DNA from: Azolla caroliniana
Lineage: Eukaryota > Plantae > Polypodiophyta
Length of the DNA: 64,000 nucleotides
Direction: 5' to 3'
Assembly: GCA_043228905.1 (NCBI GenBank)
Contig: JBHGNT010000021.1
Location: 3,720,001-3,784,000, forward strand
The position numbers were made by a program, and so were the translations under genes. The notes beneath the pieces were generated by a model, which saw only the letters and a list, made by a program, of their open reading frames with translations, was not told the DNA's origin and made no database searches. The first letter of the stretch is position 1. Every line of letters starts with the position of its first letter. Shown piece after piece: positions 13,157 through 28,000 of the stretch.

Positions 13157-15289
13157 ATTTGTTTGCATCCCCCTCCCCAACTTCTACCATGGGACATAAA
13201 ACATCATGTATAAAGCCTTTCTGTACATAGGAATTTAAAAAAAGGATACATAGATTTTTATCTTGGCCAAAAATATTGGACAACTTATTACAAACTTCCA
13301 TTAAATTTATTATTGTTTATTTTTTTCATTGATATATTATCTTTAATATCTAAAACTAAATTATATATGATGAAGCCACGAAGGACACAAAATCCATAAA
13401 ATCAATGTATTATTATTTTGGATGTAGTTGTTAATCTAACAAGTTTAAATGCACAAATTCCCATGTACAAGTTCAAATGCTCAATGTTTAATAAAAATCT
13501 TATTTGCATTTCATTTTATATATGGGAAAATTTGTGTCATGCTCGTTAGCTTGAGATAGGATGTTTGTTGAGCCTATATCTACTATTGTGCGCATGGCTA
13601 ATATGTTGTGGCTTATGCTAACAATACTTCAAGTATGATGCATGCTATTTCATTATGGAACAAAACCTCCCATAACAATGCTTTATAGTTGAAGATATCA
13701 TAAAATGTAACTTGGAGAATCTGGAAAACCTAAAACTTTTTCAAATGTGTGAAGTTTTTACACTTTAGCCTCTTGAGTTGTTTGAAATATTTTGTTCATA
13801 AACCTTGAATCTAAACATTATTTGGCTAACATGTTTTCACTCCATGATGGCCAATTTTATCTTGCTACATTTGGGTCATTAGATGGTTTATCCAAAGTGT
13901 GCAATTGTTTATCTCATTTGATATGTATTCATCATAATTGAAATTAATTGATCATGTTTTGATATTTAGCTCATAATTGTGCTCCTTTTTTAGAGCTCAA
14001 AATTGATGAGAACCACGTGGTGAATGTAGTTTTGGATCAAGAAGATTCGAGCTTTACAACACGGTGATACTATTTGCTTAAAGGGAGATACATTCTAGAG
14101 GGAAATTTTTCCTACTAAAAAAATTTGGAAGTGAGTTGCTCATGCAAGAAGATACCATTGCAATCAAGCTTTGTCATTCACTTGGTTATGGAATGATCCT
14201 TTGTGAACGCATGTGAAGATGCAACCTTTGAGGTACCAAATGTTGACAATGTGTGAAAAGGCCAATTCCAAGTTTTTCGGCAGGTGATGATAAGGATTCT
14301 CAATAGAATTATATTATTGCTTCCTAGAAGAACACATTTAGTTAATGATGTTCAAACATGTACAAGGTTCTCCATAGATAAACAATGACATTAGGTGAAT
14401 GAGTAATGATAGATTCACATTCACCCCAAGGACAATTAATTATAGGTGAGTGTTGTGACAATTTACCATTGGAGTAAAAAGAATGATTGTATTGCATGTT
14501 CCAAATATTTCCAAGTCTTGAGTCATTGATCCCTCTCCATGCCATCCCTCCTCGAAGGAATCATTTATACGTAATGAATGAAGATGAATGGAAGACTTGT
14601 GGAACCTATTCACTCTTGACCTTTTTTCTCTTTACTATGAAAAAAATAAAAAACATTGGTAGCTATTTGAAATGACACCATTTGTTACCCGCAGTTTGAA
14701 AGCATAATATGATGAAATTGACACCATTACACATGTTATAATAAAGATCCATGGAGTGTGGAATTGATGTTGGGTACATGATTACAAATTCATTGGGATG
14801 ATTTATGTGAAGGGGAGCTCTGAAAGGACCTAGGAAAGGTTACTTCCTCAGAAATGTGTCTAACAAGCTTGTTACCAACTTAAGACTTCCAAGTAAGTCT
14901 TAAGTTTATTTTGATCATTATAAACAAAGATATTATGGGGATAACCTTCCAAGTAATGCTCTAAAGGATCCAAGATATCCAAAAGCTTCTTCTTTATGAA
15001 TCTTGTTATTGATTTCTACAACTTCAAATTTTTGTGAATGGAAAGCGATTGGATGACTTGCCTAATGTCTCTAGTATGTGACAAGACATTTATGAGTGCA
15101 AAATTTAATGCATAATTGGAGAACAATGAACCCACATTACTCCCACTAGGTGCATAACGTTGGTATAGTCTACCTTGTAAGGTACACTACATAGGTGATG
15201 CATATTGTGATAATCCCCAAAAAGGATGAGAAGATGAGAATATGTATAGACTTTTGAAAGGAAAATGAAGCTTCCAGTCATAATAATTA

Positions 15290-15800
15290 ACCAATCCCAT
15301 ATATGGAACATCTCTCGGAGAGAATAGCTTATGAAGAGGCATACAATCTTATTGTCAAGTTTCCTATAACCTAAATCATGGTTGCACCCAAAGATCAACC
15401 TAAAAATGTTTTCGCCATTGAGATTGGGACTTACGCTTATAAGCAAATGTCCTTCAACTTAATGAGTGCTTTGAGCACCTATCTTGGAGGGGCAAAACTA
15501 GGACATGAGAAGATGGACTTCCCCCATCACAATTGCTAATAGACAACTCAATCTAGTTAAAGTAAATTAGTCTACCACACAATTGAGAGGGTAAATCATA
15601 TGATATATGGGTAAGATATTTAAAAATAACCTCTTTCTTGCTTGTTTCATTTTTTACGAAGACCACCAAGCACTCTTGCATATAATGAACAAGACATATT
15701 TGGCGAGGAGAATATCTTGATGGATAGCGGTTCTCCTAGAGTTTGAGTTCAAGGTCATCAATGTAAAGGAAAGGACATGTTTTAGCATATCATTTCTCTT
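15290..15800 (+). mobile_element. Highly degenerate Ty3/Gypsy pol relic (RT and RNase H pieces)
   Basis: Manual translation: APKDQPKNVFAIEIGTYAYKQMSFNLMSA (~15384-15470) and DHQALLHIMNK..RIS*WIAVLLEFEFKV (~15661-15756); many stops and frameshifts; boundaries approximate. Confidence 0.65.
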
Positions 15801-16633
15801 AGTTAAATAGTGGTGAAGAGCACCTCGACATTAATGATGAAGCACATGATGCAATCCTATTCACCGTAGACACAATATTAGAATGGGCTTTAAACATTGT
15901 TTGAGTGGTAATGGAGGATTCCTATTCTCGCAACAACTAGGTAAGCCTATTTGATCCTTGGTAAGGCATTATGACCCTTTGACAACAATATTATGTATGA
16001 GGATACATGATTACAAAATCGTTGGGTCGATTTATGTGAAGGGGAGCATTGAAAAGATCATGGAAAGGTAAAGGTTACTGCATAATTTTTTAAATGCGAC
16101 CCTTTGACAACAATAATATTTATGAGGGCACCTTTATATGTGAGGCAATACCATATCTAATGACAGTGCATACTAGATCATGATGCAATTTCTGTGATGC
16201 ACAAATCCCCACGTACAAGTTCTGATGCATGCAACACATCCATGGTTCATATGCACAAATCCCCATGTATAATTTCATATCAATGTGGAAACGGTCATAG
16301 CAGCGTAAAAGCTCATGTCCTCTAAGATTGTCCACATTGGGTTGTGGTGACCCACCCTTGTTAAGGACACATATGAGTATGTGAAATGTTGCGATGATTG
16401 CCAAAGGCACGAAATGGCATTGACAAGAGTAAGATGGATCAAGAAACTCACATGAACAACACAAAATGGATCACGTCACGCCTTAGGAAGGTTGTGAGTC
16501 GAGACATGTGTATCAATATTGAGGTATTTAATGGTGGCGAACACGACATCTTGTCACAGGCAATTTGCCTTTGCGGGAAATTAAGTGTTTGGGGAAACAC
16601 GAGGCTATAGGTGTAGAAAGAGAGAGAGAGAGA

Positions 16634-18207
16634 ATAGAAAGAAATATTAACGTCTTCTTAAGGACAAAATTGGCCCATGAGACAGTTGGTTTACAACAAA
16701 ATTGGTATTTATCCAATCATCAAAACTAAAATAAAATAAAGTAAAAATAGAACTTAAACTAAAAGAGTTATAATAGTGTACAAAACGTGTTATACTCGAT
16801 AAAAGGAAGTGACTTTGCGCTAAGCCTAATTTCATTTCCACCCAAGCCTCTCAAAAGAAGTGGGAGGTCAAAGGCTTTTGGTGTGGGTGTGACCCATGGT
16901 CTCAGTGTATAGAGTGCCCCTGCCATGGCTTGTAGGCGGTGTAGCTCACGTTCCCTGATTTTCTTTATTGCTTCTACACCATGTCGAGTTGCTTTGAAAC
17001 CCGATATTCGAGGGCATTTGGTTCTTCTTTGGTTTTCTGCTTCATCAAGGAAAAGGTTGAGTGGTGCAGGTGTGTCGACATTCGTTGTTTCCCCCTATTC
17101 CTGGAACACTTCATTTCTTACATGTTGGTGAGCATTAGCAACATTATTGTCAACATTTTGTAACTTATTGTCTCTGTGTTGTTTTAGCTCTAGGATGTAT
17201 TTGCCTAATTTCTTTATATCTAGAGTATCTAATAGTTTGGGAAGGGTAGGAGAGGAACCAAGTATGTCTTGGTATTTTTCCCTTATCTCGACTTAGGTGG
17301 GACACTTGTATGTAAATTGGTACTCATCCTCTATCTCTATGTGGCATAACCTACATATCCTTTCCTCCCTAGGGACTCCATTAGTATGACCATTCTCAAC
17401 CTCATGTTGGTGAGATGATATTCTAAGGTGTCCAATGGCAACCCTTAGTGCACGTGGTAAGAATACATCTAGATATTTTGGTTGCGTAATAAAACCTAAC
17501 TTAGAGAAGTGCATGAAGTGTTCCTTATAGTACAACATTTTAGATGGGAGTGGCTCTAGTGGGGTGATCCATTTAAATTTGCCATATTTCTTGGCGTATT
17601 ACTTTATTGCGGTTCTCATGAGAGATTAAAGTGTTATCAATCGCGTGGTTGTACCTAAGGGGAGGGAGGTTATTAATGTCTAGACCATTCGCAAGAAGCC
17701 AACTCACCATCATGCCACACCATGAACTAGTATAGCCGGACTCATACAACGATCGAGAGGCCTTAAAGGCTTGATGGGATATTCTATCATGTGGTTGGCT
17801 ATGTATCCTGTCGATAAAGACTACAAGTTGAAAAAGTGCCTCTACTAACATCGGGGGTAAAGTGAACTCAACCCTAATAATGTCATGTGGTACTGTCGAT
17901 TTGCTTCGGAGTTGGCGTGATAACATTATCACCAATGGTCTCTCTAATTGCTTCCACATGAAAGATGGTAGTCCTGGAGCCCAAACCATTGATGCATACA
18001 TGAGGGAGGGAATCACTAATGAGTCAAAGAGCCACCCTTTAGTCCGTGGCTCTTGAAAGTATGCTTGATGGCATTGTCTCTCAAGGAGTGAGAGGGATGC
18101 ATGTCCTCTTGTAAGTCTATCCTTCACTGCTTGTGTCATCAAAAATTTACCTAAGCGGGCACTGAAAGTGACTCCGAGAGAGACATATGATCCAACCACC
18201 TCAATTG

Positions 18208-18210
<3 letters not shown>
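16634..18210 (-). mobile_element. 5'-truncated non-LTR retrotransposon (RTE/RTEX-like LINE), ORF2 C-terminus and 3' UTR
   Basis: YVSLGVTFS (RT end), LFDSLVIPSLMYASMVW, and LRISSHQHEVENG..PREERICRLCHIEIEDEYQFTYKCP zinc-knuckle motif; flanked on both sides by AAAGAGAGAGAGAGAGA (16617-16633, 18211-18227). Confidence 0.85.
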
Positions 18211-18244
<34 letters not shown>

Positions 18245-18265
18245 TGGGTGAGGAATAACAATCAA

Positions 18266-18567
18266 CAACGGTTCGGTTCGAGAGTGTAGAACTTAAACTG
18301 TTTAAAACCGCACCATTCAAAAATTTGAAACGGTTCGGTTTTGGTTTTCAAGTTAAAGTCAAAATTTAAAATTTTAATTTAGACTTTTTTTGTCAATATT
18401 TCAAAATTTTATAGATTTTTCTTAAAATGTCAGAATTAAAAATAAAAATGAAAAGGTTGTTCAAAAATTATTTAAAAAAATAATCAAGTGGCAACCCTAA
18501 ATTGCCAAACTGATTAAACCGAACCGAATCGAACCTTTGACTTCCCCACACTGAAACCGAACCGTTG
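18266..18567. mobile_element. MITE-like element with 13-bp inverted repeats and hAT-type CGGTT/AACCG subterminal motifs
   Basis: CAACGGTTCGGTT (18266-18278) / AACCGAACCGTTG (18555-18567); AT-rich core; no clear TSD. Confidence 0.5.
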
Positions 18568-19078
18568 GTTTTTCACCTGCGAGTCGCGACGAGAGTAGTA
18601 AAACTGAGCCGAGAGTGGCACTATCTTCCTTTCAAAAAGAGTTTCAATGCCAGGTAAAGACAAAATGATTGGATATGTAATCTAAGTAATTTGCCTAAGT
18701 AAAGGTCGCTTCCCTTTAAGATAATGGGCGCGGGTAAAGAAGAGCAGGCCATCATTTGCAACTTGAACCTAAACCGATCCGATCCGAACCGTTTAAACTT
18801 TTAAGCTGTTAAGCCGCAGTCTTTCAGCTCGGTTGGGTTCAAACCAAAGTGTTGCCTATTGCTGGCAAAGGAAGTGCGGACATGTCAGAAACACAAAAAA
18901 CTTCCTTTGTGACAATTTAGAACTTAAGAGTCCATCCATCCATGGCCCAAGCCCAAGGAACCTGAACTACATAGAAGATAGAAAGATAGTCTTATTCTTA
19001 TCTCAGAGATTAGATGGCACAGGGATCCTCATTCTCCTGGTCCTGACTCCTGATCCTGATCAGGTCCTTCTTCCACGA

Positions 19079-22000
19079 ATGGCCTCTCACTCAGTCGGCA
19101 TAGCTCGCCCTTCCATTGCAACAGATTCACCATTATGCTCTTCTCTACCTCGGATTATCCTTAAATGCTCTTTCCTCGGAAACAGAGACATTCTCCACGC
19201 TCATGATTCATGCTTCATAGCAAAGAAGAAGAAAGGCACAAGCACGAGCACGAGCAAGAGCAAGAGCAAGAAAACAGAGGGATTCTCATTTGCTTCTATT
19301 TCTGCTATAGGCGGTCTTTTCGGTGGCCTTTTCAAAAGTGCAGATGATAATGGGGAAGCGACACGTCAGCTGTTCGAATCCACCGTCTATTCCGTGAATG
19401 CATTCGAATCCACTGTCATGTCACTCTCGGATGAGGAACTTCGAAGCAAGACGGACGAGTTCAAAGAACGAGTTGCAAAAGGAGATTCCCTTGATTCCAT
19501 CCTTCCTGTAAGTCTCAATATGTTCCCTCCCCGTATTTGATCAGGAATTCCGTTTGATTATATCTAGGATCATTTACACTGTTGTGTCTAAAAACCTGTT
19601 TGATGGGGTGGATTTTTACATCGGGTGGTAGTTAAAAAAATAAAAATAAAAATGTGGAGGTCTATAATTACACAAAAGCATCTTATGGTGTTTTATTTTT
19701 TAGCCCAATATTTTCTGCCGCTCAATGTTGCAGGTTCAAAACTTGCTATATGGTGATTTCTGCCAAAAGTGAATTTTGTTCCAAAGAGAGGCAGAATTGG
19801 GTCCGAAATGTGTGTGAACCCCTAAGAAAATTACTTGTTCTTCTTCAATAGTTTCCTGTCATGTTTGTGCTTCTTTCCGTATGAGTGTTAAAATGTCCTG
19901 TCTTGTCTTGAATATGAAAGGTCGTCCTAAATCTTCTTGTTAGGAAAAGGAAAAGTTAATGACGGTATTACCTTGGTTGCTGCTCGGATTGTTCCAAAAT
20001 AGCAAATTTAAGATACACATTAATGAAGGCATGATCAGAATCAAATTTGGGGGATCTAGGGATGAAGCAAAGCAGGAGACAATATTATTGTACTGTCTAA
20101 GCAACTAAATAACTTCTGTTTTTCATATGAAGCAGAGAAACTAAACCTACTCCATATGACAAGGCAATGGCATAAGTTTTGTTTATTGTGGGATGTAATG
20201 TACAAGTCTATAGCCAGCCAAAATCATTGAATATGGTATCTCCAAAATATCATGCATGGAGAGAGAAGCAGTAGAAGAGAAGCAAAGTTGAAATTGCATG
20301 TTTAAATATGTGAGTTCCGGAGCTCGGTTGCTATGTATACTCTATATATGGTGGAGATGCAGGAAAAAGCAGAACATGTGATTGAGTTGCAACTATCTTT
20401 ACCAGCAAACAAATAAAAGCTGGTTACATTGAGGTTCAATGCATTGCTATAGCTCATGGAGGGACATTGAAGAGTAAACTTTGTAGCTCCTTACCATTTT
20501 GTGCATTAGATTGAAAAGTTTGTTTTATTACACTGTATCATTCGATACCCTAAAACATGTGATATGGGGTTATTTTTGGTCTTCATCAACAAATTAGTCT
20601 GCATGATGTCCTAAACTAGCTCATCCATTATGATTGTTGGTTTCACACATCATTTTCCTGTTGAATGCTTGATTGTGAGCATGTGATTTACTAATTCCCT
20701 GGTGCATTTGGATCCTTTTCCTTGCCAGGAAGCATTTGCTGTGGTTCGAGAAGCTTCTAAAAGAGTTTTGGGTTTGCGTCCGTTTGATGTACAATTGATT
20801 GGTATGAGATTTTGTTTTCTGGAAATGACAATGTGTCAAGTATACCGAAACAACTTTTGCAAATATTTCATATTTAAAGTTCACATTCAACAGGTGGCAT
20901 GGTCCTTCATAAGGGACAGATTGCAGAGATGAAAACAGGTGAAGGAAAAACTTTGGCAGCAGTTCTTCCAGCATATTTGAATGCATTGACAGGACGTGGA
21001 GTTCATGTGGTCACAGTGAATGATTACTTGGCAAGACGTGATTGTGAATGGGTTGGCCAAGTGCATCGATTTCTTGGGCTACGAGTAGGGCTTATTCAGC
21101 GTAAGGAGAAAATTTTCTGAGGGAAAAAAATTTCAATTATATTTCCAACTTTTCGATGTCCTCTTTCTGTTTAAATTATTTCATACGGGTAAAGTTTCCT
21201 GTGAATTTATTGACTTCAACAAGTTGAGTTATAACCTGCATTCTTTCCCCATTCATAAGTTTCACTAGTTTGCCTCACCATTTTACCTAGCATTTGAGAT
21301 CAACAAGTTGAGAATGCTGTCTTGAATTGTCTTGCAATTGGCTGTCATCAGTTCTGACTTTGAATTATCATTTGTCTAGCACATGTCATGAGTGCTATAT
21401 AACTGCATAATTGATCGAAAGCATTCATTGTCAGTTTGAAAATCATACATGTGCATTGAGGAATGTGTTCGTTTGACTTGAATTTAAAATTTGCCTAGCA
21501 GAACCACTTTTAACTTACACATTATTCCATGTTCTTTGTTTGACTCATTTATTATATATATATATTTAGTATGTAATGGAGTCAAATAGGTTGTTGGCTT
21601 TGCAGAGGGGATGACAAGTGAGCAGAGGAAGGCCAACTATATGTGTGATGTAACTTATGCTACCAACAGTGAGCTTGGATTTGATTATCTGCGGGATAGT
21701 TTGGCATTGGCAAGTGCTTTATGTTCTGATCACATATACCTTAGAAGTTGCTAAATCTTCTTAGGCTCATGATGTTTTTGCATGTTGTTAGAGTGTAGAT
21801 GACCTTGTCTTGAGAGGGTTCAACTACTGTATCATCGATGAGGTTGATTCTATATTGATAGATGAAGCTCGAACTCCACTTATTATCTCAGGTCCAGCAG
21901 AGAAACCAAGTGAAAAATACTATAAAGCTGCCAAAATAGCTGCCGCTTTTGTGAGGGACGTCCATTACACTGTGAGTTATATATTTGTTTTCAAGATTTA

Positions 22001-25000
22001 AAACATGTTCCGCAACAGAAATATATCAGAATAAGAAAAGTATGAATATTTCATCGTATTGATGAGGGATTTAGTTGGTTATCTGCCTTCTTAATAATTC
22101 AAAGTGAAATCGTTGCAGGTAGATGAAAAACAGAAATCTATTTTATTGACAGAACAAGGATACGAGGATGCTGAAGAGATCTTGAATGTGAAAGATCTTT
22201 ATGATCCAAGGGAGCAATGGGCATCCTATCTTATCAATGCTATGAAGGCTAAGGAATTGTTTTTGAAAGATGTGAGTTATATTGTGCGAAATAAGCAGGT
22301 AGTGATTGTGGACGAGTTCACAGGGAGAGTTATGCAGGTATCTATGTTTTACTTTTTTTTCTGTCTAATATTGCTATGTTAGAACATAGCATGACAATAT
22401 TGGTTATTTTATTGTGTTGGCACACTATTCTTTATTAATCGTTTGTGCTATATCATTACTCCTTCCCTGCTGGATACATCAATCAAATTCATAAACCATG
22501 GGCAGGTCTCATAGATGTTGAAAATCAAGATAATGAGACCGTGTCAGAAATGCTGTGCACAGCAATCATTTGATGCATGTAAGCTGTATTTGAAGTCCAC
22601 CTCGAGTCTCAGAAATAAGCACCATATTGAGTGTTTGGCAAGATGGCTACAAATCCAGCAAAGTATCTCAATGATATGAGTATATCCTTAGGAGAAGGAG
22701 AGCTATATTATTATGTACTGTCAGCCTTTTGAGACAATACTCTACAATGTCAGCTTTTTGAGTATATCATTGTCAGCTTTTGAGACCTATGTTATTATGT
22801 AATATGTTGAATTATGATAAAAGGTAAAATTACTGAAATACAATTCCTAGTCAAGATATGCAGGCATTTGATTGTGCCACATGGCATATATATAGAAGAA
22901 TGAGGATAAAATCATGTAGGTGAAGGATGGAATATATCGTTTTTTATACATGATGGGTCATGGAGTATTGATGGCCTTGAGATAGACGTCATGCCTCGGG
23001 TTACCTGGACCTTGTATGTATTATGGATCTCTCCAATTCAGTCCTGATGAAGTGGCTGTCATTCCCTAATCTGTACTTGGTGTCCAAAAGATCAATCCTG
23101 GCTCCTGATATTTAAGAATGAAAATCAGTACAGATAATTAAAACACAAAATATACAATCATTGAGTGCTAGGAAAATTATAATATATCTCTGGGATTAGT
23201 AAAAAGTAAGGATGTCTATATGAAAAATTTGGCCTATCTGATCTTAAAATAGAAATTTCAGAAAATCATGCAATGAAGAAGATGTTGCCTCTCCTTTTTG
23301 TTGTTTCTTGATTCCTATTTGATAACATTATGTTAATTAAGATATATGAGTAGTGCAGTAAAACTTAGATTTCTTGTTTGTATGTAAATGTATCTGGGCT
23401 TTTGTAGAATGCTTTTTTCCTCTACAGCTTGTGTTTAAATATAAAAACTCTTTCATTCATAACTGAATAAGAGGGGATTACTGCTCTATTTGACATTTAG
23501 TCTGAATATGGTCTTCTCAGTTTGAATGTGGATCGTTGAAGTTGTAACTTATCTACTGTTCAATAGCTACATTTTAAACTTCCTAATCAATGGTGCTGAG
23601 TGCCTGAAAATCTTAAAAAATATGTTCTCATACAATGTCTTGCATGCCTGTAGATATGCATTTACAAATGGTGCTTTTGTACTGTAGGGCAGACGATGGA
23701 GTGATGGCTTACATCAAGCTATTGAAGCAAAAGAAAACTTGAAAATTGAAAATGAGACACTCACTTTAGCATCTATTAGCTATCAAAATTTCTTCCTACA
23801 AGTAAGATCAACATTAGATTGAATTAGAAGATAACTATGCAGTTATTGAAATCCTTGATCTGATGATGTTGCATTGAACCAGTACCAAAAGCTCTGTGGA
23901 ATGACTGGAACTGCTGCTACTGAGAGTACAGAATTTGAGAAAATATATAAGTTAAGTGTTGCAGTTGTTCCAACAAATCAGCAGATGATTAGAAAGGTAC
24001 ATGATCTCCATATCTAAGAATAGCTAAGAAGATTTGTCGTATATGATTGACTTACGTGTTTGGACGTGTGTAGGATGAAGCGGATGTTGTATTTAGAGTG
24101 GAAGAAGGCAAATGGCGTGCATCAGTAGTGGAGATTTCCCGAATGCATAAGACAGGCCGGCCAGTTTTGGTTGGAACTACAAGTGTAGAGCAGAGTGAAG
24201 TTCTTTCCAAAAAACTAGATGAACTGGAAATTTCTTATCAGGTGAGTGCTGTTGTGTTGAGTGACTTAAATGTGGATGGCCTTCAAATTGCTGAGAAAGG
24301 AAGATTCTGTTTCTAGGTCTCAAATCTCTCTATCATCCCATACACAGGAACATGCATGAGATGAATGTTATGAAAGAATTTAGTCAAGCCCTGTTTCATA
24401 AAACCCTCTATAATTTTTCTATGAACATACTCAGACAATTTTGTTAAGAAGTTTGTGACATGCTTTCTTAGCAAAGTTTTTGGATGCATTTCAGCTTCTG
24501 AATGCCAAACCTGAGAATGCAGAGAGGGAGGCAGAAATAATATCTCAAAGTGGTCGAATAGGAGCTGTGACGATTGCTACAAACATGGCAGGACGAGGAA
24601 CAGACATTATTTTGGGTGGCAATCCTGACTTCATGGCTAGGCTAAAGTTGCGTGAAATCCTGATGCCTAGGTGCAGTCTTCATGACATTCTTTTCTATGT
24701 ATTAATGTGTGCCAGAATAGTTTCAAACAATGATGCAAATGCAATGCAAGATGAATGAGTAAAAAAAAGTCTGTTGTTGAGGTAGGCCTCTATACGGAAC
24801 AGTTTACATCATAATTCATTGTTGATTGCATGCAAAGAAATATCCAAAGTCAGGAAATACCAGTTAAGCTTTAATCCTATGTCCTTGATCACATGCATTT
24901 ATCTGACGCATGAGATGTTATTCTTGTGTTCTCTGTAAAAACATAGTTCTTATTGGCAGAATTGCCCAGCTTGCGGATGATGAAATTCCCTTTCAGAGAG

Positions 25001-28000
25001 GCCGGAAGCTGCCACCGAGAAAAACATGGAGGGTGATTTACTTGTCTTTTTGAACCCCTTTCAATCTGCACATTGTTGAATGATTCCAGAAACACCAAAA
25101 TTTCATCAGGTTGATCCAGTACTCTTTCCTTGCGATCTCTCGGAAAAGAACACATCTTTAGTTAATGATGCTGTTCAAGCAGCTGTTGATGCATGGGGAC
25201 CAAAGTCTTTAATGGAGTCAGAAGTAGAAGAACGCTTGTCTTACGCATGTGAGAAGGTTTTTGGCTTTCAAACTAGACTCTCTAGGATGTTCCACTATTT
25301 GAATGATTTTGAAGATTTACGTCTTTGTTTGTTGAATTAGCCCTCATTTAGTATTGTGATAATATTTCAGGGACCTACAGATGATCCAGTCATTTCAAAG
25401 CTCAGAATGGCCTTTGTGGCATTGGTTATGGAATATAAAAGATATACTGATATAGAAAGAGAAAAGGTACTAGATTTCGGCGTAGTCTTCCTAGAATCCT
25501 CTTTTGTTGCACATTCTGAGCATTTAAAGAGGCTTATTGAGTGGTACAAAGAAATATCATATCGTATTGAAAGCAATCTAAATGGCAGAGTGTCTCTACT
25601 TCATGATAGTTGTCATTCTACAATACATGCTGCATATAATGTGTTCTGGCTTTGTTCATGTGATGCCATTGAACCTCCTGGATTGGTGAAAAGAAACCTG
25701 AGCATTCCTGTCTAAAAGTAAAACCCAACTATTTATGGCTTGTATATTGCTCTTGATGCCCAACAGGGAACAGCTCCAACTGCCCAGTAGACTGAATGAA
25801 TAGTTACTCCTGTAAAATACCAGATGAAATTAAAATTAAGCTGGTTTGGACCTGATTTCGATTTCATTAATATTTCCCAGCTAAAGAGCCTCTAGAGAGC
25901 GACATATTTTTGAACAGAATTGGAGACTCAGATTATACTTATTACTCAGAGTTCAACTTCATTAATATTACCCAGCTAAAGAGCCTCTAGAGAGCGACAT
26001 ATTGTAGAACAGAATTGGAGACTCAGAGTATACGTATTACTCAGATTTCAACTTCATTAATATTACCCAGCTAAAGAGCCTCTAGAGAGCGACATATTTT
26101 GGAGATTCAGATTATACTTATTACTCAGATTTCAACTTCATTAATATTACCCAGCTGAAGAACCTCTAGAGAACAACATATTTTGGAAATCCAGATTATA
26201 CTTATTACTCAGATTTTAACTTCATTAATATTACCCAGCTAAAGAGCCTCCAGGGAGAGACAATATTTTAGAACGGAATTGGAGACTCAGATTATACTTA
26301 TTACTTGCTTCTCACACTATGAATTTCACATTATGCAGGTTATTGCAGCAGGGGGATTACATGTTGTGGGTACTGAAAGGCACGAGTCTCGCCGTATAGA
26401 TAACCAGGTATTTGACGTGACACCTTTTACTACAGTGCCATTAGTTTTGCATAGTTCTATATTATATTTGAAGATGTGAGCCTACTTAGCAATATTGCAC
26501 ATAATTTAGGGTTGTAGGAGCCTCTTCGATGTTGCTATATATGTTACTTCTTTAAATTAATCCAGTTTATGCTTTTGAGCAGCTACGAGGACGAAGTGGT
26601 AGGCAGGGAGATCCAGGAAGTTCAAGGTTTTTCTTAAGTCTTGAGGACAACATTTTCCGCATTTTTGGTGGTGATAAAACACAGGTAATAATGATTTTGC
26701 ATAACTTATGCATGTCTTTATGTTCTATAGCTTTAGGCTCATGAACATGCAACTTTGAGCTGGGTAGTCTGGTAATCCTAAATCTGTTATGTAAATGCTG
26801 AAAATGTAGGGATTGATGCGAGCATTCCGTGTGGCAGACTTACCCATCGAGTCAAAAATGTTGACAAAAGCATTAGATGAAGCACAGCGGAAAGTCGAGA
26901 ATTACTTCTTCGAAATGCGTAAGAAACTGTATGAGTTTGATGAAGTTCTCAATAGTCAACGTGAGCGTGTCTATGCAGAACGTAGGAGGGCATTGGAGGC
27001 TAGTGATCTTCAGTCTCAGATGATTGAATATGCAGAGCTTACAATGGATGATATTGTGGCGGTGAGTTGGTTTGAAATGGTTATACTCTTTACACTTTTG
27101 AGTGTCTCCCAACATTTTTCTCAGTTCCTTTTTCTGACATGTTGATTAAGCAATGTATTTTTCTTCAGGCAAATATTGACCCAAGTTTACCTAAAGAGGA
27201 ATGGAACTTTGAAGCATTGTTGGAAAAAGTGCAACAGTGAGGAACCTTTGTCTGTACAATATATTCATGTAGTATCGGTGATATATGGAATTGATGATAT
27301 TTACACCTGTTCTTGTCACAGGTATTGTTATTTGTTGAATGACTTGACTAAAGAACAACTAATTCAAAAAGCAACAGATTTTGACAGCTTGAGAGAGTAT
27401 CTCCGGTTGCAAGGTCGGGAGGCATATTTAAAAAAACGGGTAGGATTCACGTATCAGATAATCAAAATATGAGCGATATATCCTGGTTGTTTTCAACATT
27501 CTTTAGTAGTTTCAATTTACAAAAATTGCAAGCTCACATGGAGTTCAATTTGAGTTTTCTTTTTTCTGATTGTGACGCTTGTTTTTTTCTTGCATTCAAA
27601 AATTACGAGTTTCAAAAAAGTTACAGGGAAGGACAATCCTGTGGCTTTGAATTATATATGCCATTTTTCTAATACGTTGATTATTTTATGTGTAACCTAA
27701 CTCCACTGCTTTGCATGGTGTGCTGACTGATGAGGGAAATTCTTTTGTTACACTAATTTCATTCACAAGTGCAATCTGTTAGATTTCATCATAATACTTC
27801 TGACGTCTGGAATTCATACTAGGGGCATACAAAGGAGTAGATTGACTTTGAAGATCATTAGAATCTGTAGACTATAGTTGATTTAATCACATTCTAGCTT
27901 TTCCATAATGATACTGTAATATGAAATTTTATGAATATACAATAGTGAGTATTTCAGCAGTTCCAGAAACAGTTGCTACCCAGATACATCAGCAATAAAT

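Noticed and set aside
18833-19078. N-terminal extension of SecA1 in the ORF track
   Set aside because: It starts at TTG; the first in-frame ATG (19079) begins a typical transit peptide
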